Source: Candidatus Omnitrophota bacterium (GTDB lineage: Bacteria; Omnitrophota; Gorgyraeia; B26-G9). Taken from it: a stretch of 64,000 bases of DNA. A program made the position numbers and the translations under genes. The notes beneath the pieces were generated by a model that did not search any database, had not been told where the DNA came from, and saw only the letters and a list, made by a program, of their open reading frames with translations. Shown in pieces: positions 40,321 through 49,528 of the stretch. Within the stretch, counting starts at the first letter, position 1, and every line of letters begins with the position of its first letter. The stretch is from contig JAHITY010000061.1 of the NCBI GenBank assembly GCA_018817165.1, positions 1,733 to 65,732 of the forward strand, given 5' to 3'.

Positions 40321-40749
40321 TTACCTTACTGTTATAAGACTTGATAAAATTAAGTTACGCAGCCTTTCTCCATCCTGCCAAGACACCACTATGGCAACCT
40401 CAAGCGGATCATCATCTAAAGCATCACCCGTTCCGTCCCGATCAATATAGCCAACTGCTATTTGCTCAGAACCCAGAGAATTTAAACCATTGGCTCCCGC
40501 CCATGCCGTCCAATCAACCGAAGTAATATCACTTAAAGTTGTTATCGCGTCACTGCGCATTTGTTCCAGGACGCGCCGCGCATCTTCAGTGGCCACAGTA
40601 GTGCTTTTCGACATTTCATTTAAACGCAAGCAATTCATATACCCCGAGATCAGCCCTAACAAAACAACTGTTAACAGAGTAATGCTGATCATGATTTCAA
40701 TCAGCGTAAAACCATTAGCATCTAGATTTATTTTTTTCTTTTTAAACAT
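40321..40749 (-). CDS. prepilin-type N-terminal cleavage/methylation domain protein (PilV-like minor pilin)
   Basis: GFTLIEIMISITLL class III signal. Confidence 0.6.
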   Translation of the reverse strand: MFKKKKINLDANGFTLIEIMISITLLTVVLLGLISGYMNCLRLNEMSKSTTVATEDARRVLEQMRSDAITTLSDITSVDWTAWAGANGLNSLGSEQIAVGYIDRDGTGDALDDDPLEVAIVVSWQDGERLRNLILSSLITVR

Positions 40750-40778
40750 GGCCTATCCTCTAATTAAGCGGATCAATC

Positions 40779-40803
40779 ATCTTATGTTATTTTAACATAA
40801 GAT
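40779..40803. promoter_or_regulatory. perfect 25-nt palindrome ATCTTATGTTA-TTT-TAACATAAGAT, ~30 nt upstream of the pilV-like start
   Basis: Seen directly. 11-bp arms. Candidate operator for a dimeric regulator or a bidirectional hairpin. Confidence 0.35.
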
Positions 40804-40845
40804 AAATTATTATTACTAAAAAATATAAATTTATTTCAAAAATTA

Positions 40846-41120
40846 AAACCCATAGCACAGTCAGCTGCTATGGGCGCAAACTATCAAATACACCAAAATA
40901 ATGGTATAAATAATACCCCATGTTCGGCAACTGACGACCCTGGCAGCTGACCATTAGGGGTTAAAACAAAAACCCCGCAGCAGTTAGCTTCGAGGCCAAA
41001 ACAATAGGAAAATTTCCCTATTAAATAGAAAAAACCCTAGGTTCGGAAGCTGACTGCCATGGCAACAAAAGCTGCTTTAGGCTCTCAAGTTTTGCGTCAC
41101 CGGTTTTCACCGGTTTTGCT
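40846..41120. repeat. cluster of four imperfect hairpin/direct repeat units sharing a GTTCGG(C/A)A(A/G)CTGAC core and AGCTG motifs, then CACCGGTTTT x2
   Basis: Units start at roughly 40846, 40918, 40971 and 41036. AGCTG occurs five times in about 250 bp of AT-rich DNA. Confidence 0.4.
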
Positions 41121-41195
41121 ATTATCGTTATAGAGTTAAAGTTCTTTATAAAAGAAGTATACCACAAAAACGTTAGAGTTACCAACTAAGCGCGA

Positions 41196-41432
41196 TTAAG
41201 AATGACAGCCTTTGCCAAACATACATGAAGGCGATGCCTGACATGGCCCTTTTTGCGCGCAAAAATCCTGCTGGGTTTTAGAACCAGTAGAAATAAAACC
41301 ACTGGATATTTTTTTCTGAAGTTTTTTACTGCCGCAATGCACGCATTTAATTTTAGCCTTAGCCTGAGAAACTCCCAACAGAAATTCACTTATCTGATTA
41401 CAATCACTGCATTCATATTCATATATCGGCAT
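41196..41432 (-). CDS. FmdB-family zinc-ribbon protein with Cys-rich C-terminal tail
   Basis: MPIYEYECSDC...CVHCGS zinc ribbon. The tail FCAQKGPCQASPSCMFGKGCHS carries 5 extra Cys. Confidence 0.6.
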   Translation of the reverse strand: MPIYEYECSDCNQISEFLLGVSQAKAKIKCVHCGSKKLQKKISSGFISTGSKTQQDFCAQKGPCQASPSCMFGKGCHS

Positions 41433-41449
41433 AACCTATTATCCTTTTT

Positions 41450-42271
41450 TCAGCGCCTTTTTAAAAAGTGTTTTTTCTTAGAAGCATATAATCTTCTCAC
41501 TCGCCGAGTTTGCGCAGTATTAATCGCCAGCACATTTTTCTTTTTCACATCATAAACAGATTGCACTTGTAATCCATGAAAAAGAAAAACTTTTTTGATT
41601 TTTAAAATTTGCTCTCTGGACAAAGGCTTACACTCCGAAGCCCGCAAAGGCGTATTAATATATATTTTGTCCGCTTTTATTTTTTTAGCTAATAAAGCTA
41701 TTTCTTCGGCAACATGCTGATTCTCTTTTACAAACATTATTTGTAAAGCCAAGGTTCCTTTAAATACTTTACGCAGTTTTTTAAGACCAGTTATAATCTT
41801 CGAAGCTGTAACATTTTTGTATGGATTATTCACACTTGCTAGAACATCATTTGTGCTGGCATCAAGCTTCGCCATGATGATATTAGCTTCCAGCAATTGA
41901 TCTCTTACTGCTTTTTGTCCAAGAAGAACTGAATTTGTGATCACCGCCACGGGTTCTGGTCTGATCTTTTTAATCGCCCTGATAAGCCGTCCGAGATTAG
42001 CCGCTAATGTCGGTTCTCCAGTGCCGGATAAAGTAATGCAATCAATTATTACTTCAGGCAGCGCTTTTATTTCGGCAATTATCTTCTCAGTTTCAATGAA
42101 AATCCGTCTTTTAGCAATAACCGGTTTTTCCCTGCCTACCTGACAATATGCGCAGTCAAAACAACACACCTTATGCTTCTGGGCAATCGGATCAATCCCG
42201 AGAGATCGGCCCAATCGCCAAGAACTAACTGGCCCATAAATATATTTAAACTCTTGTTTTTCCTGCATCAT
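41450..42271 (-). CDS. radical SAM protein (small, no SPASM domain)
   Basis: CCFDCAYC fits Cx3Cx2C. YGPVSSWRLGRSLGID N-terminus. 273 aa. Confidence 0.6.
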   Translation of the reverse strand: MMQEKQEFKYIYGPVSSWRLGRSLGIDPIAQKHKVCCFDCAYCQVGREKPVIAKRRIFIETEKIIAEIKALPEVIIDCITLSGTGEPTLAANLGRLIRAIKKIRPEPVAVITNSVLLGQKAVRDQLLEANIIMAKLDASTNDVLASVNNPYKNVTASKIITGLKKLRKVFKGTLALQIMFVKENQHVAEEIALLAKKIKADKIYINTPLRASECKPLSREQILKIKKVFLFHGLQVQSVYDVKKKNVLAINTAQTRRVRRLYASKKKHFLKRR

Positions 42272-42295
42272 ATTGCTTTTATGCCTTTACAGTTA

Positions 42296-43021
42296 TTAAA
42301 AAGAATAGATTAACGATAAAACAGTTCTCGTGTCATTTTTCTTCGCCTCACCAGTTGGATTAGCATTAAACTCATCAATAAAGCTGAATCTTAATGACAT
42401 CGTATCACTCAAAGGATTGGTAAATCTTGTTTCAGCGACAACCCGGAAATCATCACTTTCTTCCAGATTTTGATACATTGCGATATCCTGAGAAAGCCTT
42501 GCTTTTTCAAAAACCGGCTTTTCACAAAAAACCCGCGGCACAAGGATAGCGTCAGTTCTTTCTTTTGTGGCATCCACATAATTAACATGTTCTAAACCTA
42601 CCCCGACTTCAGCCATTGCTTTCCAATCTTCTGTATCGGAAAACCAATATCCTGCACCGACAACAGGCAGTATTCTATAATCAATATTAGAAAACTTATC
42701 ATGTTCTGCGGAAAACTTGTAAAAAGCATACCACTGGTCCTCTAAAAAACTTAAGGCATAACGTAAAGAAGCACTATGCTTTTGCCCATCCATTTTTTTA
42801 TTCTGAGAAGAATATAAGGTACTTGCTTTTAAAGTAACCTCATCTGACTCTGTCTTCTTATCGGCTTCGATTGCTCCGGTTAATTGTGAACTCTGCGTAT
42901 TCCCTGTTGCCTTTGTAAATCCCAGAGATGCTTCTCTTTTCCAGATATCTTCAGCATATGCGTCAGTTGATAAAATCGCGAAAATAAAACCCAAAACCAA
43001 CAAACCCATAATTTTTTTCAT
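42296..43021 (-). CDS. DUF481-family outer-membrane beta-barrel protein
   Basis: Signal peptide, GFTKATGNTQSS pattern, alternating beta strands, C-terminal aromatic residue. Confidence 0.45.
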   Translation of the reverse strand: MKKIMGLLVLGFIFAILSTDAYAEDIWKREASLGFTKATGNTQSSQLTGAIEADKKTESDEVTLKASTLYSSQNKKMDGQKHSASLRYALSFLEDQWYAFYKFSAEHDKFSNIDYRILPVVGAGYWFSDTEDWKAMAEVGVGLEHVNYVDATKERTDAILVPRVFCEKPVFEKARLSQDIAMYQNLEESDDFRVVAETRFTNPLSDTMSLRFSFIDEFNANPTGEAKKNDTRTVLSLIYSF

Positions 43022-43057
43022 CCTTGAATTCCCTTTCCTATATTTAATAACTCTTCG

Positions 43058-43876
43058 TTATTTACCAAATGGTAATAAATTTTTTAATTTTTCTGTTGTC
43101 GTTTTAACTGTTTCAGTTGCTGTCCCGCCAACATTTTTACCCAAACCTAAAGCATCCCCGGCAATATTTCCCACCAGTTTGCCCGCGTCTTTTACCGATC
43201 CCTGCAGACTATCCGTTAAAGGACCGAGTTTAAAATTAGTCAAGCTAGAAAGAGTCGTATTAGCCAAAGCCTTAACCACAATAATCCGGACAACAGCCTC
43301 TGGATCAGTAATATTCTCATACTGCTCATCAACATTAATCTTAAACTCCTTAATTACCGGCTCACCGCCCTTAGAATAATCCTTGTATATTACCTTGCCG
43401 ATTTTTAACTTCATCAAATCAATCTGAATCTGAAGCTTTTCTCCTGTGACTGCTTTTGGCTGATCTTTCTTTGCCGGCTCAGTTTTTTTTGCTGTTTGGA
43501 CTGCGGTTAAAGAATCTAGATTTAAAACACCCTGCTTATTCTTTACAACCACAAATTCTTTTAAATCCAGTCTAACTTCGCTTAAATGCACTTTCTTCTT
43601 CATCAAAGCACCTAAATCATAATCCACATAAATCTCTGGTAAATCCATCATAATCTTATCTTCAAAATCAGCAGGATTATATAAAACCAAACCATTGATT
43701 CCCAATAATGTATTCATCAACCCGATATTAATGCTCTCAACCTGCATATTAAGTCCGGTTACAACTTTAACCCCGGTAGTAACCGCTGCTTTTACAATCA
43801 TATTCCTGCCCACAGCCAAAACTATCAGCAGCACCAACAAAAACACAACAATACCAATACAAATTTTTTTAAGCAT
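43058..43876 (-). CDS. AsmA-like/DUF748-like membrane-anchored protein
   Basis: N-terminal TM anchor and a periplasmic beta-rich domain. Confidence 0.4.
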   Translation of the reverse strand: MLKKICIGIVVFLLVLLIVLAVGRNMIVKAAVTTGVKVVTGLNMQVESINIGLMNTLLGINGLVLYNPADFEDKIMMDLPEIYVDYDLGALMKKKVHLSEVRLDLKEFVVVKNKQGVLNLDSLTAVQTAKKTEPAKKDQPKAVTGEKLQIQIDLMKLKIGKVIYKDYSKGGEPVIKEFKINVDEQYENITDPEAVVRIIVVKALANTTLSSLTNFKLGPLTDSLQGSVKDAGKLVGNIAGDALGLGKNVGGTATETVKTTTEKLKNLLPFGK

Positions 43877-43984
43877 TGTTCCTCCTTTTTTATTTTAAAC
43901 AGAAATATTCAATCTTGGAATAATTTTAAGATTATTTCAGTATACAATTTGCAGTCAATGCTGTCAATTAATCCTTGAAACTTA

Positions 43985-44737
43985 TCATTTGACTTGATTT
44001 TTTAAAGTTCCAATCCCGTCGATAGACACCTCAACAATATCTCCTGGCTTCATATTACCAACACCCGGGGGAGTCCCAGTTGAGATAATATCGCCAGGCA
44101 AAAGAGTCATTACTTGGGAAATAAAGCTGATCAGATAGGGAATGGGGAAAATAAGCTGAGCTGTTGAAGAATGCTGTTTTAACTTACCATTAAGATACGC
44201 GCTGATCATTAGATCATCTGTGCTGATATCTGTCTCAATCCAGGGGCCGACCGGGCAAAAAGTATCAAACGACTTGGCTCTTGTCCATTGTCCGTCTTTT
44301 TTCTGAATATCGCGGGCAGTGATATCATTTAAACACGTATAACCCAAAACACATTTCAATGCCTTTGCCTCGGAAATATTATGGGCTTTTTTGCCGATCA
44401 CTATTGCCAACTCAGCCTCATAATCAAGCTGTTTTACGCCAAGCGGATATTTGATATTATCCAAGTGGCCAATCAAAGCTGTTGGTGGCTTTAAAAAAAT
44501 AATCGGCTGTTTGAGTGTTTTCATCCCCAGCTCCTTAGCATGATTTTTATAATTTAAACCAACTAAGATAATTTTTTGAGGAACAGTCGGAGGCAGCAAT
44601 TTTAGCTGTTTAAACCCAATAACTTGCCGGCTAAATTCAATGTTCACAAAAGGAGCGGTTTTTAAGACTCTGACTGCCTTACCTTCTAATACTCCCCATA
44701 ACTCTTGTTGCTTATAGATAAATCGCAATATTTTCAT
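43985..44737 (-). CDS. fumarylacetoacetate hydrolase (FAH) family protein
   Basis: KIILVGLNYKNHAKE, plus the FAH-family metal-ligand pattern E..ELAIV.GK. Confidence 0.7.
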   Translation of the reverse strand: MKILRFIYKQQELWGVLEGKAVRVLKTAPFVNIEFSRQVIGFKQLKLLPPTVPQKIILVGLNYKNHAKELGMKTLKQPIIFLKPPTALIGHLDNIKYPLGVKQLDYEAELAIVIGKKAHNISEAKALKCVLGYTCLNDITARDIQKKDGQWTRAKSFDTFCPVGPWIETDISTDDLMISAYLNGKLKQHSSTAQLIFPIPYLISFISQVMTLLPGDIISTGTPPGVGNMKPGDIVEVSIDGIGTLKNQVK

Positions 44738-44869
44738 ATTTGCTTAATCCTTGGATTATAACCATTAATCAGAAACACTTTTATGCCCATAGTCTACCAT
44801 AAAAAAGGAAAACAGATAAAAATAATCTTTTTAAATTTTTTCAGATGAGAATTACTAATTGAAAAGGGT

Positions 44870-45520
44870 TTATTGAAAATTACCGCATACTTCTTTTAAT
44901 ACATTTACAATTATTTTATTTTTATATTGGCTTACTTCCTGCACAGTACTCGATCCGCCTGCGACAAAAATTGCATCCATTTTAGCGCGCTGCGCAGTGT
45001 CCATATCCACATCCATATCCCCGGCATAAACCGCATCCTGAATTTGAACATCTAATTTTTTTAATACTTCAAATAAGATTTTCGGTTTTGGTTTTAAGCT
45101 ATTAATTTGATCAGCGCAAAGGATAAAATCAAAATATTTTTTTATATCCAAGGCTTTAACCACAATATCAGTATAAGCCGCCGGACGATTGGAAGCAATT
45201 GCCAGCAATTTTTTCCTGCGTTTTAAATTATAAAGCATTGCCTTGGCATACGGCTTTAATTTTGCATGTTTTTTTAAAGAACCCTTATGATGAGTGCGAT
45301 ACAATGATAAAGCTTTTTCCACCTGATTTTTCGGGAAGAATTGGGCAACAAAGTTTTTGTCTCCATGACCAATATTGCTTTTTATTACCTCAAAAGCAAC
45401 CGGCTCATAGCCAAATTTATCCCGGCAAAAATTAAGACTTGCGCTAATCGCCTGATAAGCGTCAACCAATGTCCCATCCAGATCAAAAATAAATAGCTTT
45501 TTAACTTTAGCTGTGATCAT
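44870..45520 (-). CDS. HAD-superfamily hydrolase (phosphoglycolate phosphatase-like)
   Basis: Motif I FDLDGTLVD and motif IV GDMDVD. Confidence 0.7.
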   Translation of the reverse strand: MITAKVKKLFIFDLDGTLVDAYQAISASLNFCRDKFGYEPVAFEVIKSNIGHGDKNFVAQFFPKNQVEKALSLYRTHHKGSLKKHAKLKPYAKAMLYNLKRRKKLLAIASNRPAAYTDIVVKALDIKKYFDFILCADQINSLKPKPKILFEVLKKLDVQIQDAVYAGDMDVDMDTAQRAKMDAIFVAGGSSTVQEVSQYKNKIIVNVLKEVCGNFQ

Positions 45521-45593
45521 ATTCCCCTATTTTAAAATAAAAAATGATTGATGAATAAGCGGAATTAGCAAGGAGTTCCGATCTAGAACAAGC

Positions 45594-46001
45594 TTATTTT
45601 TTACTTTTTTTATTATTCCCAATAACGTATTTTCTTACTTTGATCAAATCAGTCGAACTAATATCAGTAAACTTCAAACCGAATAAATACTCTTTTTTTT
45701 GCGGTGGAATTTTCTTAACCCACATAACTTTGGTAATCGCATATATCGGCCTAGCTTCAAAAGCGAATTGAAACTGGATGCCTATGGTCAAATCCCCTGA
45801 TTTTAAAAAAGGCATCCAGCGATCAATAATATCCCATGTTTTCATACTCAAACCAGTCGAAGAGAAATCTACCAGCAAACCAGCTCGAAAATTTAAAAGA
45901 TCCTGAGCATTAAGCATATTAGGGGTCATCTTATCCATGATCAGAAAATTTATATCCAGCATTTGGCTTACGCGATTATTTAATCTTCTCTCAATGCCCA
46001 T
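45594..46001 (-). CDS. PilZ domain protein
   Basis: RRLNNR and D.S.TG c-di-GMP-binding motifs. Confidence 0.45.
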   Translation of the reverse strand: MGIERRLNNRVSQMLDINFLIMDKMTPNMLNAQDLLNFRAGLLVDFSSTGLSMKTWDIIDRWMPFLKSGDLTIGIQFQFAFEARPIYAITKVMWVKKIPPQKKEYLFGLKFTDISSTDLIKVRKYVIGNNKKSKK

Positions 46002-46025
46002 CCGAATATCTCCGCCCCTAATATT

Positions 46026-46571
46026 TTACTTTAAATATGCTTTGATTATTTTCTGATCCTTTACCGGCTTATCCATTGGGCCCACTTTAATATTCTCAAT
46101 TTTTTCAACACTGTCATAACCCGCCACTACTTCACCAAAAATAGTATGCTTCATATTAAGCCAAGGGGTTGGTTTTGTAGTAATAAAAAACTGGCTGCCA
46201 TTTGTATTTGGACCGGCATTTGCCATTGCTAATATCCCCGGTTTATCAAAAGTCACAGTCTTAACAACCTCATCAGCAAAAGGTTTTCCCCAAAGTGACT
46301 CGCCACCACGTCCTGTACCGGTCGGATCTCCGCCCTGAATCATAAAATCTTTAATAACTCTATGAAATATAATTCCATCATAATAACCTTTTTCAATCAA
46401 ACCGCGAAAATTCTCGCAGGCTTTAGGAGCAATATCATCTTTAAGCTTAATTTCAATAATCCCTTGGTTTGTTTCCAATACAACCATGTTCTTAACCTCC
46501 ATTTTTTCTTGCGCCAGCACATTTGCGGCAAACAATAATCCAATTAAAATACCGAGAATAACTTTTTTCAT
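46026..46571 (-). CDS. peptidyl-prolyl cis-trans isomerase, cyclophilin type, secreted
   Basis: Signal peptide plus the cyclophilin core [15 protein letters not shown]. Confidence 0.85.
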   Translation of the reverse strand: MKKVILGILIGLLFAANVLAQEKMEVKNMVVLETNQGIIEIKLKDDIAPKACENFRGLIEKGYYDGIIFHRVIKDFMIQGGDPTGTGRGGESLWGKPFADEVVKTVTFDKPGILAMANAGPNTNGSQFFITTKPTPWLNMKHTIFGEVVAGYDSVEKIENIKVGPMDKPVKDQKIIKAYLK

Positions 46572-46586
46572 AACTGCCCCCTATTT

Positions 46587-47270
46587 CTATTGATCATGCT
46601 TTGATTGGCAATAATTTTCAATAAATGTCCAAATACCCGACTTCGAAACTTTATTCGATTTTGTAAATATTAGGCCTACTTCAAAATTATCTGAATTTTC
46701 GCATTTCTTAGCCCAAACAACTTTTACTTCAAGTTCTATATTCTGATGAACACCTGGCAGTTTAAAGTTTATCAGCAAGCTATCCTCTGAGGCGACTTCC
46801 TGCTCAAGGAGCAACTTCATCCCTCCGCGGCTAATATCAATACTTTTACCCGAAATTTTTTTTTGAGAATCACCTAAATAGCTACCATTAATCGCTGCCT
46901 GTACATCACAGCGAATAAACTCACGGATTTCATCCACCCGGCTAGCGCAATCATAAATAAACTTGGACAAACGCTTATTATCCGGCTCATTTGTATGATT
47001 AAACCTTATGCCCGTAGCAAAACGATTATTCCGCCCAGGTAATTGCCAAAGAATGGTGCCTTCAATCGGTAAAGGCCTGGACCCATCCGGAATATCAAGT
47101 TCAAGCTCTACAATAACTCCATTTTTTAAAGCAATATCAGTATACACATTTATTCCAATAAAACTTAAATCTTTGACCGCGATCTTGCGTTTTCCTTCAA
47201 TCCCACCCTTAAGCTTAAAGCTTACTTCTGATAAGCCCTTAACCCGAACAAATTTTCTTCTTTCTTCCAT
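46587..47270 (-). CDS. tandem PilZ domain protein
   Basis: Two RR..R / D.S..G pairs (ERRKFVRV...DLSFIG and IREFIRCDV...DISRGG). Confidence 0.55.
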   Translation of the reverse strand: MEERRKFVRVKGLSEVSFKLKGGIEGKRKIAVKDLSFIGINVYTDIALKNGVIVELELDIPDGSRPLPIEGTILWQLPGRNNRFATGIRFNHTNEPDNKRLSKFIYDCASRVDEIREFIRCDVQAAINGSYLGDSQKKISGKSIDISRGGMKLLLEQEVASEDSLLINFKLPGVHQNIELEVKVVWAKKCENSDNFEVGLIFTKSNKVSKSGIWTFIENYCQSKHDQ

Positions 47271-47272
47271 AA

Positions 47273-47446
47273 TTACTCCTTGGTATTTAAGCTGTCCTGT
47301 CCATCAGCAATCCGTTCAAGCAACTTCACAATAACTGAAATGTTTTTTTTCATAAAAATCGGAAACCCAATCAAATAACAAGAAAGCCCTAACCCCACAA
47401 ATGTCCAAATAACAATCAACAGCTTAACCCATATACTACAGTTCAT
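47273..47446 (-). CDS. small single-TM protein (57 aa), translationally coupled between the nitroreductase and the tandem-PilZ gene
   Basis: ATGA start/stop overlap with the nitroreductase stop. Its own stop lies 2 nt before the PilZ ATG. Its terminal AAGGAG doubles as the PilZ SD. Below the ORF-track size cutoff. Confidence 0.35.
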   Translation of the reverse strand: MNCSIWVKLLIVIWTFVGLGLSCYLIGFPIFMKKNISVIVKLLERIADGQDSLNTKE

Positions 47447-47955
47447 TTGCTACTCTCCCTATTTTTAAAAGACTCCCAATGAATCACATCAGCCAAACAC
47501 CGTTTTTTTGATTGCGCCTTTAATTCATCCGCAATGCCCAGCGAAATAATGCTGACCAGCAGCAAGCCGCTTGCTTTGAACATCTCACCCACCTGCTCGG
47601 CATATTCTTTTTTATCCCCGGCTATCCAACAAGCCCCTATTCCCTGAGCGGCGGCGGCTAAAAGAATATTCTCTGTTGCCGCGCAGCCATCTTCCAAATA
47701 ATATTTTGTTTTTTGACAAAACACAATAATTGCTGCTTGCGCATCTTTAATAAAACTGCCGTTTGCCGCTATTTCAGACAGTCCCAGCAAACTCGAGGAA
47801 TCTTGAATTACAACAAACTCCCATGGCTCAACCGCCCTAGCACTGGGAGCTCTTCGTCCGGCATCAACTAATTGCTCTAAAACAGCGCGACTAATCTCTG
47901 TGGTTTTATATTTTCTTATACTTGTCCGATCGCAAACAACTTTATCGAAATCCAT
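47443..47955 (-). CDS. nitroreductase family protein
   Basis: 170 aa. RTSIRKYK start. NAD(P)H nitroreductase fold pattern. Confidence 0.7.
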   Translation of the reverse strand: MDFDKVVCDRTSIRKYKTTEISRAVLEQLVDAGRRAPSARAVEPWEFVVIQDSSSLLGLSEIAANGSFIKDAQAAIIVFCQKTKYYLEDGCAATENILLAAAAQGIGACWIAGDKKEYAEQVGEMFKASGLLLVSIISLGIADELKAQSKKRCLADVIHWESFKNRESSK

Positions 47956-47966
47956 CGCAGTAATCC

Positions 47967-48248
47967 TTATTTTTTATTTTTCGGCATTCTTAAAATAACC
48001 GCTGTTATTACTACAGCACTGAATAATATCATATTCGTAATATTAAAAGTTTTCCAGACCATATCCGGAGAAGACATAGCCGCGGGAAACATTAATAAAA
48101 AACAAATCCATACGCCAAAAGCCCAATAAAGACTTATATCTTTTGAAGATCCTCTTTTAACCATTCTGTAGATCAAAGGAATATTCCATAAAGGTAATAT
48201 GATTGACGCGATTAAAGCTATTTTTCTTAACACAGATACCTCAGTCAA
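47967..48248 (-). CDS. small membrane protein
   Basis: Three TM helices. 93 aa. Confidence 0.35.
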   Translation of the reverse strand: MTEVSVLRKIALIASIILPLWNIPLIYRMVKRGSSKDISLYWAFGVWICFLLMFPAAMSSPDMVWKTFNITNMILFSAVVITAVILRMPKNKK

Positions 48249-48726
48249 CAGTTTTCATACCAAATTCTTGTTTAACTTTAATCTTAATATCAATAAAATC
48301 TTTATGGCTGACATTAAACAGATTAGCTACCTTGCGGATAGTTTCCATTTCCCTAACATCCAATTCTTGATCAACACAAGCCACGCTAAATAGTATCTCA
48401 ATAATATTAATTTTAGATTTATACGACAATTCCTTGCTGATCAAGCTTGTGAAACTATGCATGTCTATGCTTTGTTTTTGCGCTTGTTCAATTGACTGAA
48501 GAATCCAAGGAATATCATCTACCGGAACACTAGCAAAAGAAATTAAAATTTCTTTTATTTTTTCTTTTTCCAAAGGTAAAAATTTATCATCTGCCGCGGC
48601 AACAATCCAAAGCAAAACCCCTAAGGCAATCTTATCATCAATTTTATTTTTATCTAGACTCGAAGCCGACACCTTCCAAACCGAAGCAATTACTTTATTC
48701 CTAAATTGATCCAAAAATCCGCTCAT
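48241..48726 (-). CDS. TerB-like domain protein
   Basis: Helical pattern with acidic pairs resembling the TerB/DjlA N-terminal family. Confidence 0.4.
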   Translation of the reverse strand: MSGFLDQFRNKVIASVWKVSASSLDKNKIDDKIALGVLLWIVAAADDKFLPLEKEKIKEILISFASVPVDDIPWILQSIEQAQKQSIDMHSFTSLISKELSYKSKINIIEILFSVACVDQELDVREMETIRKVANLFNVSHKDFIDIKIKVKQEFGMKTVD

Positions 48727-48738
48727 AATCCCTATACT

Positions 48739-49416
48739 TTATTTATTATTTTTATACTCAGTTTCAACATATGATTCAATCTGCTTTTTAGACTCATCAC
48801 TTATTTCTAAAAATTCAATTCCGGTTTCAAATAGATTTTCTTCATTTTTTTTAACCCAAGCAACAACTGTACATTTAGCAATGATTTTTTCCGCTTGACC
48901 CGGCAAATTAAACTCTACGCATAACTGCGTTCCTTTATCCATTTGCTCACTAGCCATGACCTTTAAGCCCAAAGGACATACATCAATACTAATACACTGC
49001 TTTTTGACATCCGGCTGATCAAGTAAATTATATTTTATTTGAGCCCGAAAATCACACCTTACATATTCTCTCCGCTCAACAGTTCTCCCAGTAGCCTTTT
49101 CGATAAATCGAAATAGTTTATCCCGATTCTGATCATCAATATAGGTAAACTGGATTCCGATATCAAGCAAATCCATAGTTACCTGTCTTTGCCAAACCAT
49201 TTTTCCTTCAAGTCTGATATCCCCCTCGACTCCGGAAATATTTAAAACCAACTCCAAAACATCTTTTTCAGTTAGCTTTTTAGAACTAATTATCCTCAAA
49301 CCATTACATCCCAGATCTTCCAAGCCAACCCTGTCCGGAATATCCTGATTCCCTTTGATCGTATAGCTTGCATGAGCGTCCACATTTAAACGCACATAGC
49401 CTCTTTGCTCTTTCAT
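48739..49416 (-). CDS. tandem PilZ domain protein (paralog of 46587-47270)
   Basis: QRGYVRL...DLGCNG and RREYVRCDF...DVCPLG. Confidence 0.55.
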   Translation of the reverse strand: MKEQRGYVRLNVDAHASYTIKGNQDIPDRVGLEDLGCNGLRIISSKKLTEKDVLELVLNISGVEGDIRLEGKMVWQRQVTMDLLDIGIQFTYIDDQNRDKLFRFIEKATGRTVERREYVRCDFRAQIKYNLLDQPDVKKQCISIDVCPLGLKVMASEQMDKGTQLCVEFNLPGQAEKIIAKCTVVAWVKKNEENLFETGIEFLEISDESKKQIESYVETEYKNNK

Positions 49417-49528
49417 TACACTGCCTATCTTTTAAATGTTTTTAAAAACTTCTCCCTAAACAAGTATTGCATATTTGTTTTACTATATAATATTAAGGCT
49501 TTTTGTTCAAGCAATAAATGCTTAAATT

